Source: Blasia pusilla
Lineage: Eukaryota
Direction: 5' to 3'
Assembly (NCBI GenBank): GCA_050084515.1
Contig: CM114271.1
Span: forward strand, 16,740,001 to 16,804,000
DNA: 64,000 nt
The position numbers and the translations under genes were made by a program. Shown piece by piece: positions 13,498 through 24,750 of this stretch. The notes beneath the pieces are model-generated. The model was given only the letters and a program-made list of their open reading frames with translations. It made no database searches and was not told where the DNA came from. The first letter of the stretch is position 1, and each line of letters opens with the position of its first letter.

Positions 13498-13950
13498 TGT
13501 TGGATTCTCAACATCCACTTCTCTGAGCAGCATTAATCTGATCGGTCCCCTTGTATAAGGAAAAGCCTAGATTGATGGTTCCGACTTGGACGTCGAAGGA
13601 GTCATAGTAATATGATGTAGGTGGTTTCAAGAGTAGCGTTACTAGGATTATCCAACCCTATATTGCATCAGGGTGCAGGGCACCCTGATGCGTTGCGGGG
13701 GTCCAAGGGCGCAGCCCTCGGAAAAAAAATTCTATCAATAGAAATGAAGAAAAATAGGTAAAAAAACCCTAGTTTCTCGAGTAGTGAAATAGTCGGGAGC
13801 CGCAACTGTAATGCATTCTCGTATGTCGAGTTATCTCCATGTTGGGGTTCCATCGAAGCTTTTCTGTGAGCACACGGACGGACTAGGCCACTTTGTATCT
13901 CTAAGTTTTGTAAAGATTTTTGTGATTTCGTCACTTTCTGTTTTCTCACA
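13498..13950 (+). repeat. Copia 3' LTR (453 bp)
   Basis: Direct repeat of 8974-9390 with an extra ~35-bp GC-rich segment near 13690-13725. Confidence 0.95.
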
Positions 13951-14184
13951 GACTTGATAGGTGTCTCAAAAAATGGGGGTTATGACCTAGCAGAGCAAGA
14001 CCAAACGTGAAGCAAAACTTCAGGGGACCTCAAGTCTTGCAAGAGTTTGATGCCAAGGGAACTCCAACTTGTCTTGGAACTTGGCTGAGCGTTTGGGGGT
14101 TCTCCATGTTTGAGGTTATAACCGTTAGACCCAAGATGCGTTTGGAATGAATAAGGTGGCTTTTGAAAGCTTGTGAGAAGCTAA

Positions 14185-15950
14185 TTATAACATACTAAAA
14201 ATACGAACAAACCTTAATGCCTTCGAGTTAATCCTATTGAAGCACTCAACACTTGATTGCCTATCAAAGAGGTTATTTGTCCCTAGCCAAGGGTAATAAT
14301 TCTTCACTCTCTTTATTGAGTGCCTAGCAGTCAACACATAGTCCAACTTCCCATCCTTCTTATTCAAATAGAATGGGCACTCCATAACGTAACTTATTAG
14401 TTTGAATATATCCCCTTTCCAATAGTTCTCTCGACCGCTTCTTTAAACTATGCAAGTTTAACTTCATTAAGTGTATATGAAGCTTTTGAAGGCATTTGAG
14501 AATCTAGTACGACCTCAATCTTATGATTGATTTCCCTCTTTGTTGGTAATTAAGTCATTAAAAAGCTCCTTTATCAAGACGTCCCTAAATTCCTCAACTA
14601 GTGTCCAAAGTATTTTGGGGAGTATCACCAAATGTGACTCTTAATCTTGCGTGTTATGTTTGTAGTCCCTAATTCAAGCATCAAGCAGAGAAAATCATCT
14701 TCAAACTCAACTTGGTTTGTCCTTGTAATCACATTTAACTGCAACTCCTCTTTCATATGAATTTCTAGCTCGAACCAAAATCATATGAAACAACTTTCTT
14801 CTCACTAAGATGCTCAACCTTACTGTGAGCCTTAACGGTCTTTTTCTTAGCTCACCTCATACCCATTCACGAAGGTGTTCCCTAAGACCCCTACTATCCC
14901 ATTCATGTTGCAAATGGTGAAATTCTCCTTCAACTTGCACGCCTTGTAGCCAAACATTAACCCTTAGGATAGATCTGATACTATGTAGGATTTACCATTG
15001 GAAAAGCCCACCTAAAGTAGGTTAGTCAACCTTGGTGGTCGACACATCCCACTTCTTCACTAACTACGGGCTCAAGAAGAATTACAAAGCATATGTATCA
15101 ATAAGAAACATAACATTCCTATTAGAGATCTAGGCTATTAGGTACGCATGATTGGATGTCCTCTTGTTAACTTGATGGAATACCTCTACGTCACCTTCCA
15201 ATAAGTGCTTAGTAGCAAACGTAATCATGCTCCAATTACTAATCGTAGGCTTTGGACTTACCTAAGCTTTGTGCTCGGATGTACTCGCTATAATTATAAC
15301 AATCACTCTAGCTCCAATAAACTTCGGGTACAAAGCTTTGCTCTGCCTATTGGCACTCTAGAATAAATAGATCCCCAATCTAAAGTTTGAACTCCTCCGA
15401 ACTCAAAGAGGACACGATGCCTGCATGTTCCTTGTGATGGGATGTCCACCATTGGATTGTATGATCCTTAAAAAATGTTCTTGCAATAATGACATTCTCC
15501 TTGAGCTTGTCCTCCACTATAGCCAATTATGCTTCAAATTACATCTTGATTTTGGTGAGAAACTCCTTAACTCTACATTACCACCCCATTCCTAAAAATG
15601 GAATGGTCAAATTTTTCTTAGAAAGGTTCTTGCTAAATTTTAGATATTCGATCCATCTCCAACTTAGAAATTTTCTTACTCTATTGGATTATTTGTTATA
15701 ATATGATCTTCATTAGGTTCATCATTTGAACATAAATTATTGGGTCATTTAATTTTGGAGCGGATCTTCCAATTGAACGCTTCCAATCTAGGACATTCTA
15801 ATCCCTAGATCTCGTTGGTGTGTCATATTATTCATCAGCACCCAAATACGCATATATTAAACATATTTTTTGGATCAACCAGCCTTGTGTTTCTTGAGTT
15901 TGAGTCTTGGGTCGCCCTTCAAGTTCAATAGACCTAAATAGGGTTAGATA
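14185..15950 (-). mobile_element. Old, heavily decayed Gypsy-like remnant(s)
   Basis: 14185-14385 translates RVKNYYPWLGTNNLFDRQSSVECFNRI, resembling Gypsy RT (KNxYPLPRIDDLFD...FSxID). The rest is poorly resolved and the boundaries are approximate. Confidence 0.45.
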
Positions 15951-15953
15951 CCA

Positions 15954-16091
15954 TGTCGTGCACATACATATCGCTACACAACATACATCGCTCGTCACAT
16001 CTACACCACACAACACCGATCTTCCCCACACACGGGTCCATCCACACATGTACAAAAATAAACTCATACATATACATGGAGATCACACAAC
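15954..16091 (-). repeat. Terminal repeat A (138 bp), copy 1
   Basis: Direct repeat of 16568-16705 with about 5 substitutions. Confidence 0.95.
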
Positions 16092-16565
16092 AAAAATAAA
16101 GAGTAGTAAAAATGGCACACCCGGCCTAAAACTCCACTCCTCAATCTACATCGGCATATCGAGCCTCGTCCACCCTGTGCTATCAAGGAATCCGGACGCT
16201 AGCACCCTAGTCCTAGCTCACACACATACAAGGGAGGTGCTCCAACAGCCCAACATGAGAAAGATGGCTTAGGAAAGCCATCTTCCTCTCTTATATAGGT
16301 TGGGAAGAGCCAAAAGGCTCTTCCCCTAAAAATAGCCCTTCCCTTGGTAACTGCGCAGTTACAGTTCAAAAAGTGTTTGAGTCAACAAGTCACCCGGCTG
16401 TAAAAGACCTCAACATGAAAGTTGTCAGAAACGACATTCCTGACACAATGGACCTATCCTCAACCTCATCTGACACTCTGGGACAAAGTTACACTCAAGA
16501 TAGTCCGCTGGCTCCTACGCCCTATCCACGATAGATCTAGGCCTATCGGCTACCCAGATGTGACA
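16092..16565 (-). repeat. Terminal repeat B (474 bp), 3' copy
   Basis: Direct repeat of 24751-25222. Confidence 0.95.
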
Positions 16566-16567
16566 GT

Positions 16568-16705
16568 TGTCGTGCGCATACATATCGCTACACAACATAC
16601 ATTGCTTGTCACATCTACACCACACAACACCGATCTTCCCCACACACGGGTCGATCCACACATGTACAAAAATCAACTCATACATATACATGGAGATCAC
16701 ACAAC
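16568..16705 (-). repeat. Internal repeat A' (138 bp), preceded by a PPT-like taggggggcg
   Basis: Copy of 15954-16091; separated from B by 2 nt (gt at 16566-16567); cgcccccctag at 16706-16716 is the minus-strand purine tract. Confidence 0.93.
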
Positions 16706-16781
16706 CGCCCCCCTAGCTGGCAGTTGGATCCCCCTAACTCCAAATAGAAAATATCACATCTCTCTGACATGACCTACTACC

Positions 16782-16925
16782 CTATACATATCTCGGACAC
16801 ATCCATCGTCCCGTGGGAACCACATCAAGAGGGGGGTTCAGACATGACATATGCCACCCTCGAGAACAACCATCACATACCAACATGGTGGCTGCACCCC
16901 TCGCAGATCCGCACAACATACACCT
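16782..16925 (-). other. PHD zinc finger at the C-terminus of the integrase
   Basis: CMLC...MLVCDGCSRGWHMSCLNPPLDVVPTGRWMCP: C4HC3 PHD pattern; the last Cys appears mutated to Tyr. Confidence 0.9.
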
Positions 16926-17127
16926 CAAGCCTGCAGGTACCACTGCCAAGCTCGGATCCACCATCCCATTTACATTTGGAAGATGACATGGCGCACAATT
17001 GCGCACATGATCCTTCCAAACCATACCATCCCGTCCCTCCAACATGAGGACTCCGATCGATAATACCTCGCACGCACAGGATCGATGCGCGCAGGTGTGC
17101 GATGACATCTAGCGTCGTGGGTGCCGC

Positions 17128-18303
17128 CTACTGTAAATACACGTAATCTCCAGGATGAAACCTCCTAATCCCTGGACGAAAACCTCCTCCACGAATGGTC
17201 GCGTACCTCAATGTATCTCTATGCTGGGCAATAGCTAAGTTCTCAAAGGCCATAGGCATAACTCTACAAAAAAATTTTGCCCTCTGAGAACATGCTTGCA
17301 CCCACACAATTAGATCATCAAGATCTAACACCTCCGCCATGTCACGTCGAATCGCTGTAGGTAAATCTGGCTCTCTCCCAAAGAGCAAAAAGTATGGTGA
17401 AAATGACGCCAAGGATGCCTGCCGACTAAAGCGATAACCCATAGCCAACCATGGCAACTGTAGGTCCCACTCCCTCAATTGTCCCCGCTGCAAGCCATAC
17501 TTGCGCAATCCTCTCTTCACTGTCTGTACCACTCTCTCTGCCAACCCATCCGCCTCAGGATGATCCCTGGACGTGGTGTGGTGATCTATTAGCGCCTAAT
17601 CACACAAGGCCTGAAACTCTCCCCTGAACTCGGTACCCTGGTCAGTCAACACCTCCGCCGGTGCACCAAAGTGACTAAGCACACGATCTAGAAACGCATA
17701 AGCTGTTCCCTGGCTCGCCTTGTCTGGTAGTGCCACCAACTCTATCCACTTGGAGAAATGCTCCACCATGACCAACACGTACCTATGATGATGCCCTGTC
17801 AATGGCAAAGGTCCCGCAAAGTCTAAACTCCACCGATAACCTAAACCCATAATCGGCAAAGGATATAACTGCGGAGTGGGAGCATTGAAGGATGCTTGCA
17901 CTTTGTCATATACCATACATCTGGCCACAAACTTCTGTACCCCAGTATGCATGCCGCGCCACCAATACTGAACCTAGAGTAAGCTATAAGTACGCTTTAC
18001 TCCGAAATTTCCCAACTCCTCATGGGCATGTCGCACTACACGTGCTCGCTGGGAAGGATGAGGTACCACTAGTATCCTACCATCTCCCCATACCCGTAAA
18101 ATGTGAGTCCCCTCCCACCTGAACCTCTTGGCTCTCTGTAGGATCCGATCCCGCTCCCTAGCACTCACTGTACTCGCAATGACGCCAGTGCGCAAGAACT
18201 CCACAACCTCCATGTCGTCATGGATATCACGACCACTTGTCGCCTCCTCACTAACCTCCGGATCCAAAGACTCATCATCCAATCCCACCACTGGAGTCAT
18301 CAC
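17128..18303 (-). pseudogene. Gypsy integrase (H2C2 + DDE core), with in-frame stops
   Basis: RHAHEELG, RWSLDFAGPLP, VMVEHFSKWIE, LTDQGTEF, AERVVQTVKRGL. Confidence 0.92.
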
Positions 18304-19668
18304 CTATGGCTGACCTGCCATAGTCAACCAACAAAGATAGGCATATGCATGCCAACCGGGCACCATCTCCTCATCACTCTCTCCGTGCCATCGAGCTCCC
18401 GTGACGTCTCTCTGACTCGGACATGGGTTACGACTCAACCCATCCGCATCCTGGTTCAACCAACCTGGCCTATGAACCACCTCAAACTCATACTCCTGTA
18501 GTAATAGAGCCCACCTGGCAAGCTTTCCTGTAAGCTTTTCGGACTCCATCAACCACCTCAACGACTGATGATCAGTGATAAGTGTGAAAGGGTTTCCGAA
18601 TAAATAGCACCTAAAATGTGCCACGGCCCATACGGCAGCCAAGCACTCTCCCTCGTAGGAGCTGTACTTTGCCTCTGTAATGTTGTTCGATCGGCTCGCG
18701 TAAGCCACAACGAACTCCCTCTCCTCGTCATCCCTTTGAGTAAGCACTGCTCCTAGACCCAACATGCTCCAATCCGTATGTAACTGGAATGGGCGACCCC
18801 TAACCGGTCTCTGTAAAATGGGTGAGGACGTCAACCTGTCCTTGAGCTCTTGAAATGCTCGCTCTTGATCATCTCTCCACAACCACACTTGATCAAGTCT
18901 CGTCAACAAGGTCAAAGACTTTGCGATCGCACTAAAATCCTTGACATACCGTCGATAGAACTTTGCCAGTCCAAGAAATGCCCGGACTCGACTCACATCT
19001 GTAGGGAGTGGAATCTGCGCAATAGCCTCTACCTTCGTCTGCTGAACGCCTAACCCACTCGGGTATATGGTGTGTCCCAAGTACTCAATCTGCTCTTGAA
19101 AGAATCTGCACTTGCCTGGATGTAACTTCAGTCCATGTAACTACAATTGCCGAAACACCTCCTCCAAGTGTCGCTCATGCTCCTCAACCGTGGAACTGAA
19201 GATAAGAATATCATCTATGTAACATCGTACAAAATCCAAGCCAGCCAGAATCCTATCCATCACTCTCTGAAACTCCGCAGGCGCGTTCTTCAATCCAAAT
19301 GGTAAGAACCGCCACTGATACAAGCAATCTCTCCCAAACCGATCTATCCCCCAGAATGTTGTCTTCTCCTTGTCCTCCAACCTGATAGGAAGTTGATGAT
19401 AGCCAGCACGGAGATCTAAAGTACAAAAGATCTTTGCATGCCCTACCGCATCAAAGATCTCCTCAGGAGTAGGCATGGCATACCGATCTGACCTCGTCTG
19501 TCGGTTGATAGGACGGTAATCTCCACACATCCACCTATCCCTCCAATTGCCATACATATCCTTCTTCGCCGGCATGACTGTGGCAGATGCATACTCCCCA
19601 TGTGATAACTCCACAAGTCCTGCCTCCAACAAGTCCTGACTCCTGCTCTGAATCAAGGCTCGCTCCAT
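18304..19668 (-). pseudogene. Gypsy reverse transcriptase and RNase H
   Basis: CGDYRPIN, LDLRAGYHQ, LPFGLKNAPAEFQ, YIDDILIFS; RNase H LHTDWS, YSSYEGECLA, TDHQSL, DADGLSR. Confidence 0.95.
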
Positions 19669-20164
19669 ATCACAATACCTGTAGGGTCAACGAAAGATTG
19701 GCGTATCACTAGCCAACTCAATCCGTATCCCGGGACCCTTTAGCATACCCAAGTCTCTCATACTGAAGGAAAAACAATTGACATGCCCTCTCAGAAACCT
19801 ATGAACTCGCCGTCGCTCTCCTCCTATCATCTTGAGACCTATCACAGGCTCCCAAGTCTCCATCGTGACCTCACTCGGAGAGGACGCAACCTCCGGCTTT
19901 GGTTGCTATGTAGCAATCCTAGCCACCTCCGCAACAGCCACTCCACTTTGACCTCCTACACCATGCTCCACATCCGAAAAATGAACATGTGCTACTCTAG
20001 CCGCCTTCGCACTCTCTGATCGAACGACGTCCCAGGAAGTCCATGGGTGCCTATCTCTCCTCGTCTCGCCCCCAGCCAATGCTTGTACAGACCTTGTAGG
20101 CAATGGTCCAGCTCGTGGACGAGACGGCATGGATGACACTCGCATCCGTCTTTGCTCAGCCATA

Positions 20165-21120
20165 CCTAGGCTGACTATCCATGTGAGACAGTTGAGGTCC
20201 ATCGCCTGCCCCAACACCTGTCTCCGTGATGCCTCAGTCATCCCTGGCACCGCCGTAGTACTGGTAGTGAACCCCATGGCGCGCTCGCGCTCATCTGCTG
20301 TAGGCTCCTCCGATAATCCGGTCACCTCATCCCAAATCATGCCTGGCCCTCCCTGACAAAAGGCATGGGATGCTGGGAAGCTCACCAACGTAGGTAAGGC
20401 TGCCCTCAACTCCCCCACCCTATTGGCCGTGGCCAAGGGTGGTCTATCATCGCGTGTCACCACCTGAGATCGACGCCCTGAGTCCAAAATAGCATCCACT
20501 GTGAGATGTAGTGCTCTCTGGACTCCACTGTAGGCTCGACTCAGTACCTCTGATGGCATCAGGTTCGTCCACCATAGTCGTGGATGATGGGCACGTGACC
20601 CAACTCTCGCAGCATCTAATAACACAGGAGGTCCCAACCAAGACCTCACCTGATGTACACTCGTCATCACACGTGCATGAGTATCTCCCAACAACGGCAC
20701 GTTCTCCAAAATGTACGCTGGAGAACATATCTGACTCTGTTGCAAGTGTCGTACTACTCGCGCAAACATCTCCCAAAACATCCCGACCTCGGATCCCGCA
20801 ATCCAAATCCTCGGCCAGCTGATGAATGACCCTGACATGGCCATCCAGCAATCACCAAATGAATGGTGCCAACTCTATCCAGATCCCGCGCCCCCACCAA
20901 AGATATGTCGGCGGGTAGCGTATGCTGGTATCCCCGTACTGCACATACCGACAACAACTCATGATACCTCTGGACCAATCTCGCCACTTGACGTAATGAT
21001 ACTCGCCGCGCGGTCTCATCTCTCTCCACGTAAAGGTACTGATGCACCCATATGCCCGCCTGCAATATGGCAGCCAATCCGGTGCTAATCCCTCCGAAGA
21101 GAACTAACACCCTAACACCC
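20165..21120 (-). pseudogene. C5 cytosine DNA methyltransferase domain (DNMT3-like) within pol; single -1 frameshift at ~20783
   Basis: Motif I VLVLFGGISTG, II YVERD, III DI, IV AGWPCQGHS, VI LENV, VIII RAHHPRLWWTN, IX ERERAMGF, X RRQVLGQAM, all in canonical order across ORFs 20754-21446 and 19906-20844. Confidence 0.92.
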
Positions 21121-21499
21121 TCCTCTGGGCACTGCCACACAACAAGTGTGGTATCTAGTGGGGTCATCGTCTCCACTCCAAGACCCCGATCGCCACGTGA
21201 CTCTCGCTGCTCTGGGATAAAAACATGACTCCACGCCTGCCTCACGAGATCGTCGGCACTCCTCTGTAGCTCTCGAGTCGTACCCCACAATGGTGAAGAG
21301 GCCTCACCAACATGGGAAGAGACACCCGCCATTGCCTGTCTCTCCGTGGGACTATCCGCTACTGGGACATCCTCCGCATGTGCGTTCCCCTCCAACAACT
21401 CTCCTGTCCAGATAACACTACCTCTGAAAGCCGCCAATGTGGCCATAGACTCGCCTCGTGATCAACCACCTCGTCCCGCAAACTACACGGGTAACTGAC

Positions 21500-21862
21500 T
21501 CATCCGGCCGTCACCTGACCGCCATCCTCCCAGAAGTCAAGGATGAATCCTAGGGGATATAACACTGTACTCCCCACCAACACATTGTATGACTCAGCTG
21601 GTGTCGTAATCGCACGTGTGCGCACCATAGCACTATCCGTCGCATGCTCTGGCTGGACTCTGACAACAATCTCTTGTCGAGTCATATACTGAGTGGGTGA
21701 TACGCCCCCAATAGAGGTCTGTATCTGGAAGGGACAAGGCTCAATGTTGGCCTTCCGTAACCCCAACGCTAAACACGCCGCCTTCCCTAACATCAAGGGT
21801 TGCGCTCCCGAATCAAGTAGGACGCGATGCGGGTGGTATACCGTCCCCGTCGGACTAACCAA
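21500..21862 (-). pseudogene. Retropepsin-type aspartic protease
   Basis: RVLLDSGAQ catalytic motif and downstream YNVLVG. Confidence 0.85.
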
Positions 21863-22499
21863 GCGAAATACTCCGGCTCGATTATCGGTAACACTACTCC
21901 AAGTGTCACCATCGCCGCTCTATGGCGGTCGAGTGGCATATCTACCAACTTCACTGCCGCCGCATGCCATGACTCTGTGGGGAACGTCCCAAGCACCGGC
22001 TCTGAGGGCAAGTCCACCACCTCCTCAACTACCTCTGAACAAGAAGCAGTCATCTCTCCACGCTCACACAACGTGGCGGCCAACCAGAACACCTCATCTG
22101 GTCCAACTCCCAACGTCGCCAACTCTAAGGCGGAAAATAGCGGAGTCTGACTCACTCTAGTGGCCACCTCCAACACTATAGTCGACACCGACTCACTCGA
22201 GCCGGCATAGGAGTTGTCACTCCAACTCCTCGTGACGTCGGCGTAGGTGCTCGAATCAGAGGCACCGTTGGTCGCCGAGGCACCATCGATGGTGTGTGTA
22301 GTGCCTCCGACAATGTGAACGACTGTGGAACCCTGGCCTGCCGCCCATCGGTCCCCTCTGGTGGGTCAATCTCAACTCCACCTCTCGATGGCTCGGTGCC
22401 TCTCGCAGCTTCCCGAGTCACCACTGGAGCTGCCTCAACCTGGGCTGCACTACACATGAATCCCATACTGGAGAGATCCTCACCTGGGTCAGGGTAAGA

Positions 22500-23946
22500 G
22501 GTAGAGACTGGAGTCACACTAGTTGCTCGCACTCCGTGCCTTCCTAAGCCGCATCATCGTCATGGCGGCAATCCTCTGCTCAAGCTTCCGATCGATCGTG
22601 AGAGAAGCGCCACTCTACGGTGCTCTGCTCCATCTCCTCGGCTGGTGGTGGTCCTCTACCACCACGTCTAGGAAGAACTCCCGACCTCCCCGGGACGGCC
22701 GCCCCAAGCCCTCGGCCTACCTGCGGACGTGCCCCTCGTCGAAGGTCAAAACATCTATCCCTAGTGTGACCATATCTCGTGGCAATGGTCATATGGTGCC
22801 GTGGTGGGGCCATCCTCTCGTGGCTCTGAGCAATCGGAGGCGCTGGTGGTCCTCTCCCATGTTGTGGGCGATCTCTCGCCTATGAGCCCCTCCACACGTC
22901 CAACAAGACCACATCGGTCCCTGCTGGGCAACATATGTAGGTGCGGGTCGTTGCCTCATAGGCTCACGGTACCCGCCCTGCTCTCTAGGCACACTGGCCC
23001 GCTCCTGTGGTACTGGTGCTTGCTGTGGCACCTGTGGGGTCACCGCCGCTCATGGACCTGTCAACTCTCGAGAAAATCCAACAGTCACTACCTGCTCCTC
23101 ACTCATGTTGAGCTCAATACGCTCAGAAAACTCAAAGACCACCTTCAATGTGGGCTTCGCTGTGTGAATCAGCACCGCATCTCAGACTCTCCTCCGTAGT
23201 TCTCGATCCAGAACCCCGTACCAATACTGGACTGATTGCGCCTTAGTCACTCCAAACGTAGCAATGATCAGCCTCCTCATGCGTGTGAATGCCTCTCTCA
23301 GACTCTCACCCGATCGTCGCTAAAAATCCTGTAGACTCTTCAGCTTGTCGGTGCGTACGCCCTGGTAGCTCTTCCCCAACTTTCGGAAGAACTCCACTGT
23401 GGGGCTGAAGTTGGGTGGCCCTATACCGCCAGAGGTCTCTGCCACATCGCCTGTCTCACTGCCCTCCTCTCCATCTAGTCTCTGGGCTGATGGTGTGGGT
23501 CTCCCTCCTCTCACAATCCCATTATATGCCTCACGACCATTAGTGGACACATACCCTGGAGCCCAATACATCCTCCAGGCATCGATCTCTACTGAATATA
23601 GTGATCGAAACTCCATGTAGTCATCCATCGAAGGACCCTCCAAGTGCTGGAACAACCCCTTCCATGCCATGAAAGGGTTGAACCGTGTCGGGGTCCGTAT
23701 CTCCTGGAAGTCGCACCATGTGTCGAACTCCTGGATGAAATCATCTAAGTCGATGGTACCCACTGCACCCGAGAAACGACGCATGCCCCAGTGGCCCATG
23801 TCGTCCATCTCCGGCCAAGTACTATTGTCTCTGTCGGTGATCTCGTCACCAGACCCAGTGTCCAATGATGACGATCCAGTCACGGATGGATGTCGAGGGA
23901 GCTCCTCACTGGTAAACCCTCGATATCTCACTCCACTCCGTGTCAC
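22500..23946 (-). pseudogene. gag region with zinc knuckle remnant
   Basis: RFSGAVGTIDLDDFIQEFDTW, KLKSLQDF; CWTCGGAH knuckle at ~22880-22910; located upstream of the protease. Confidence 0.75.
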
Positions 23947-24736
23947 ACCACTACCACTGCTCGCACTACCCTGTTCTTTCGAACCCTGGAAGAACGCCGT
24001 GATGACAAACCCTGTCTCACCCGATCAAGCACTCAGACTCATCGAGAGTCTCCCACACGCCTCACTAGCTCACCTATGCTAATGTCAATCCCGTGATGAC
24101 ATACCCGGCCTCACGCACGCTCAACACTCGGGCTCACCATGAGCCTCCCAACTGACTCACCTAACCTAGCGACACTCTCTCGGGTCATACACGCGACTCC
24201 TACTCGGAAACCGCCGTATATCCACCAACATGCTATACATGAAAAGAATCTACACTCGTCACCATCACTGCACCCATCTAGCACCAGCTACTACCCGATA
24301 CCCGGCACTCTCAATCACACACGACAAGTGCGGGAAAAGGGACTCGAATGGGTAACTTGATCACGCCCATCCGCGCCCAGCCCGTCCAGCCCGTCCGCGC
24401 CCGTCCCTTGCCCGTGACCTAACCCTAGACCGGCCGCGACCTAGCTAGCCGTCTTTACTTAACAGCCCCTCGGCGGCTGCAAGACCCAAACTTTCCTTTC
24501 TTCTCTCTCTCGACACCCTCACTTCCGTACACCCGACGCCCCACCACACGCTACACTCGGCTGCTGTCCCCCATCAATCCGCACCAGCAAAATCTGAGAA
24601 AAAAGGACAACGCTTCCGCCCACGGCCTTCCGAACAGAAAAATGACACAAAATGTCACATACACGTCTCCAGGGGCTCCCGACCAAGGCAACTCGCTTGC
24701 CTACCTGCAAACAACGAATTCCCACCGGCCCCCTGA

Positions 24737-24750
24737 CATCTTTCTCATGT
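24737..24750 (-). promoter_or_regulatory. Candidate self-priming primer-binding site
   Basis: catctttctcatgt (24737-24750) abuts repeat B' and is the exact reverse complement of 24912-24925; there is no TGG-type tRNA PBS here. Confidence 0.75.

Larger units (their letters stand above)
8974..13950 (+). mobile_element. Full-length Ty1/Copia LTR retrotransposon (decayed)
   Basis: TG...CA LTRs at 8974-9390 and 13498-13950; TSD GACTT (8969-8973 / 13951-13955); PBS tggtattagagc (tRNA-iMet type) at 9391; G-run PPT before 13498; domain order gag-PR-IN-RT-RH. Confidence 0.97.

Noticed and set aside
19906-21446. Host DNMT3/DRM gene or bacterial contamination
   Set aside because: It is intronless, collinear with pol and present at the same position in two elements, within a contig carrying intron-rich plant genes; the motif order is not DRM-permuted.
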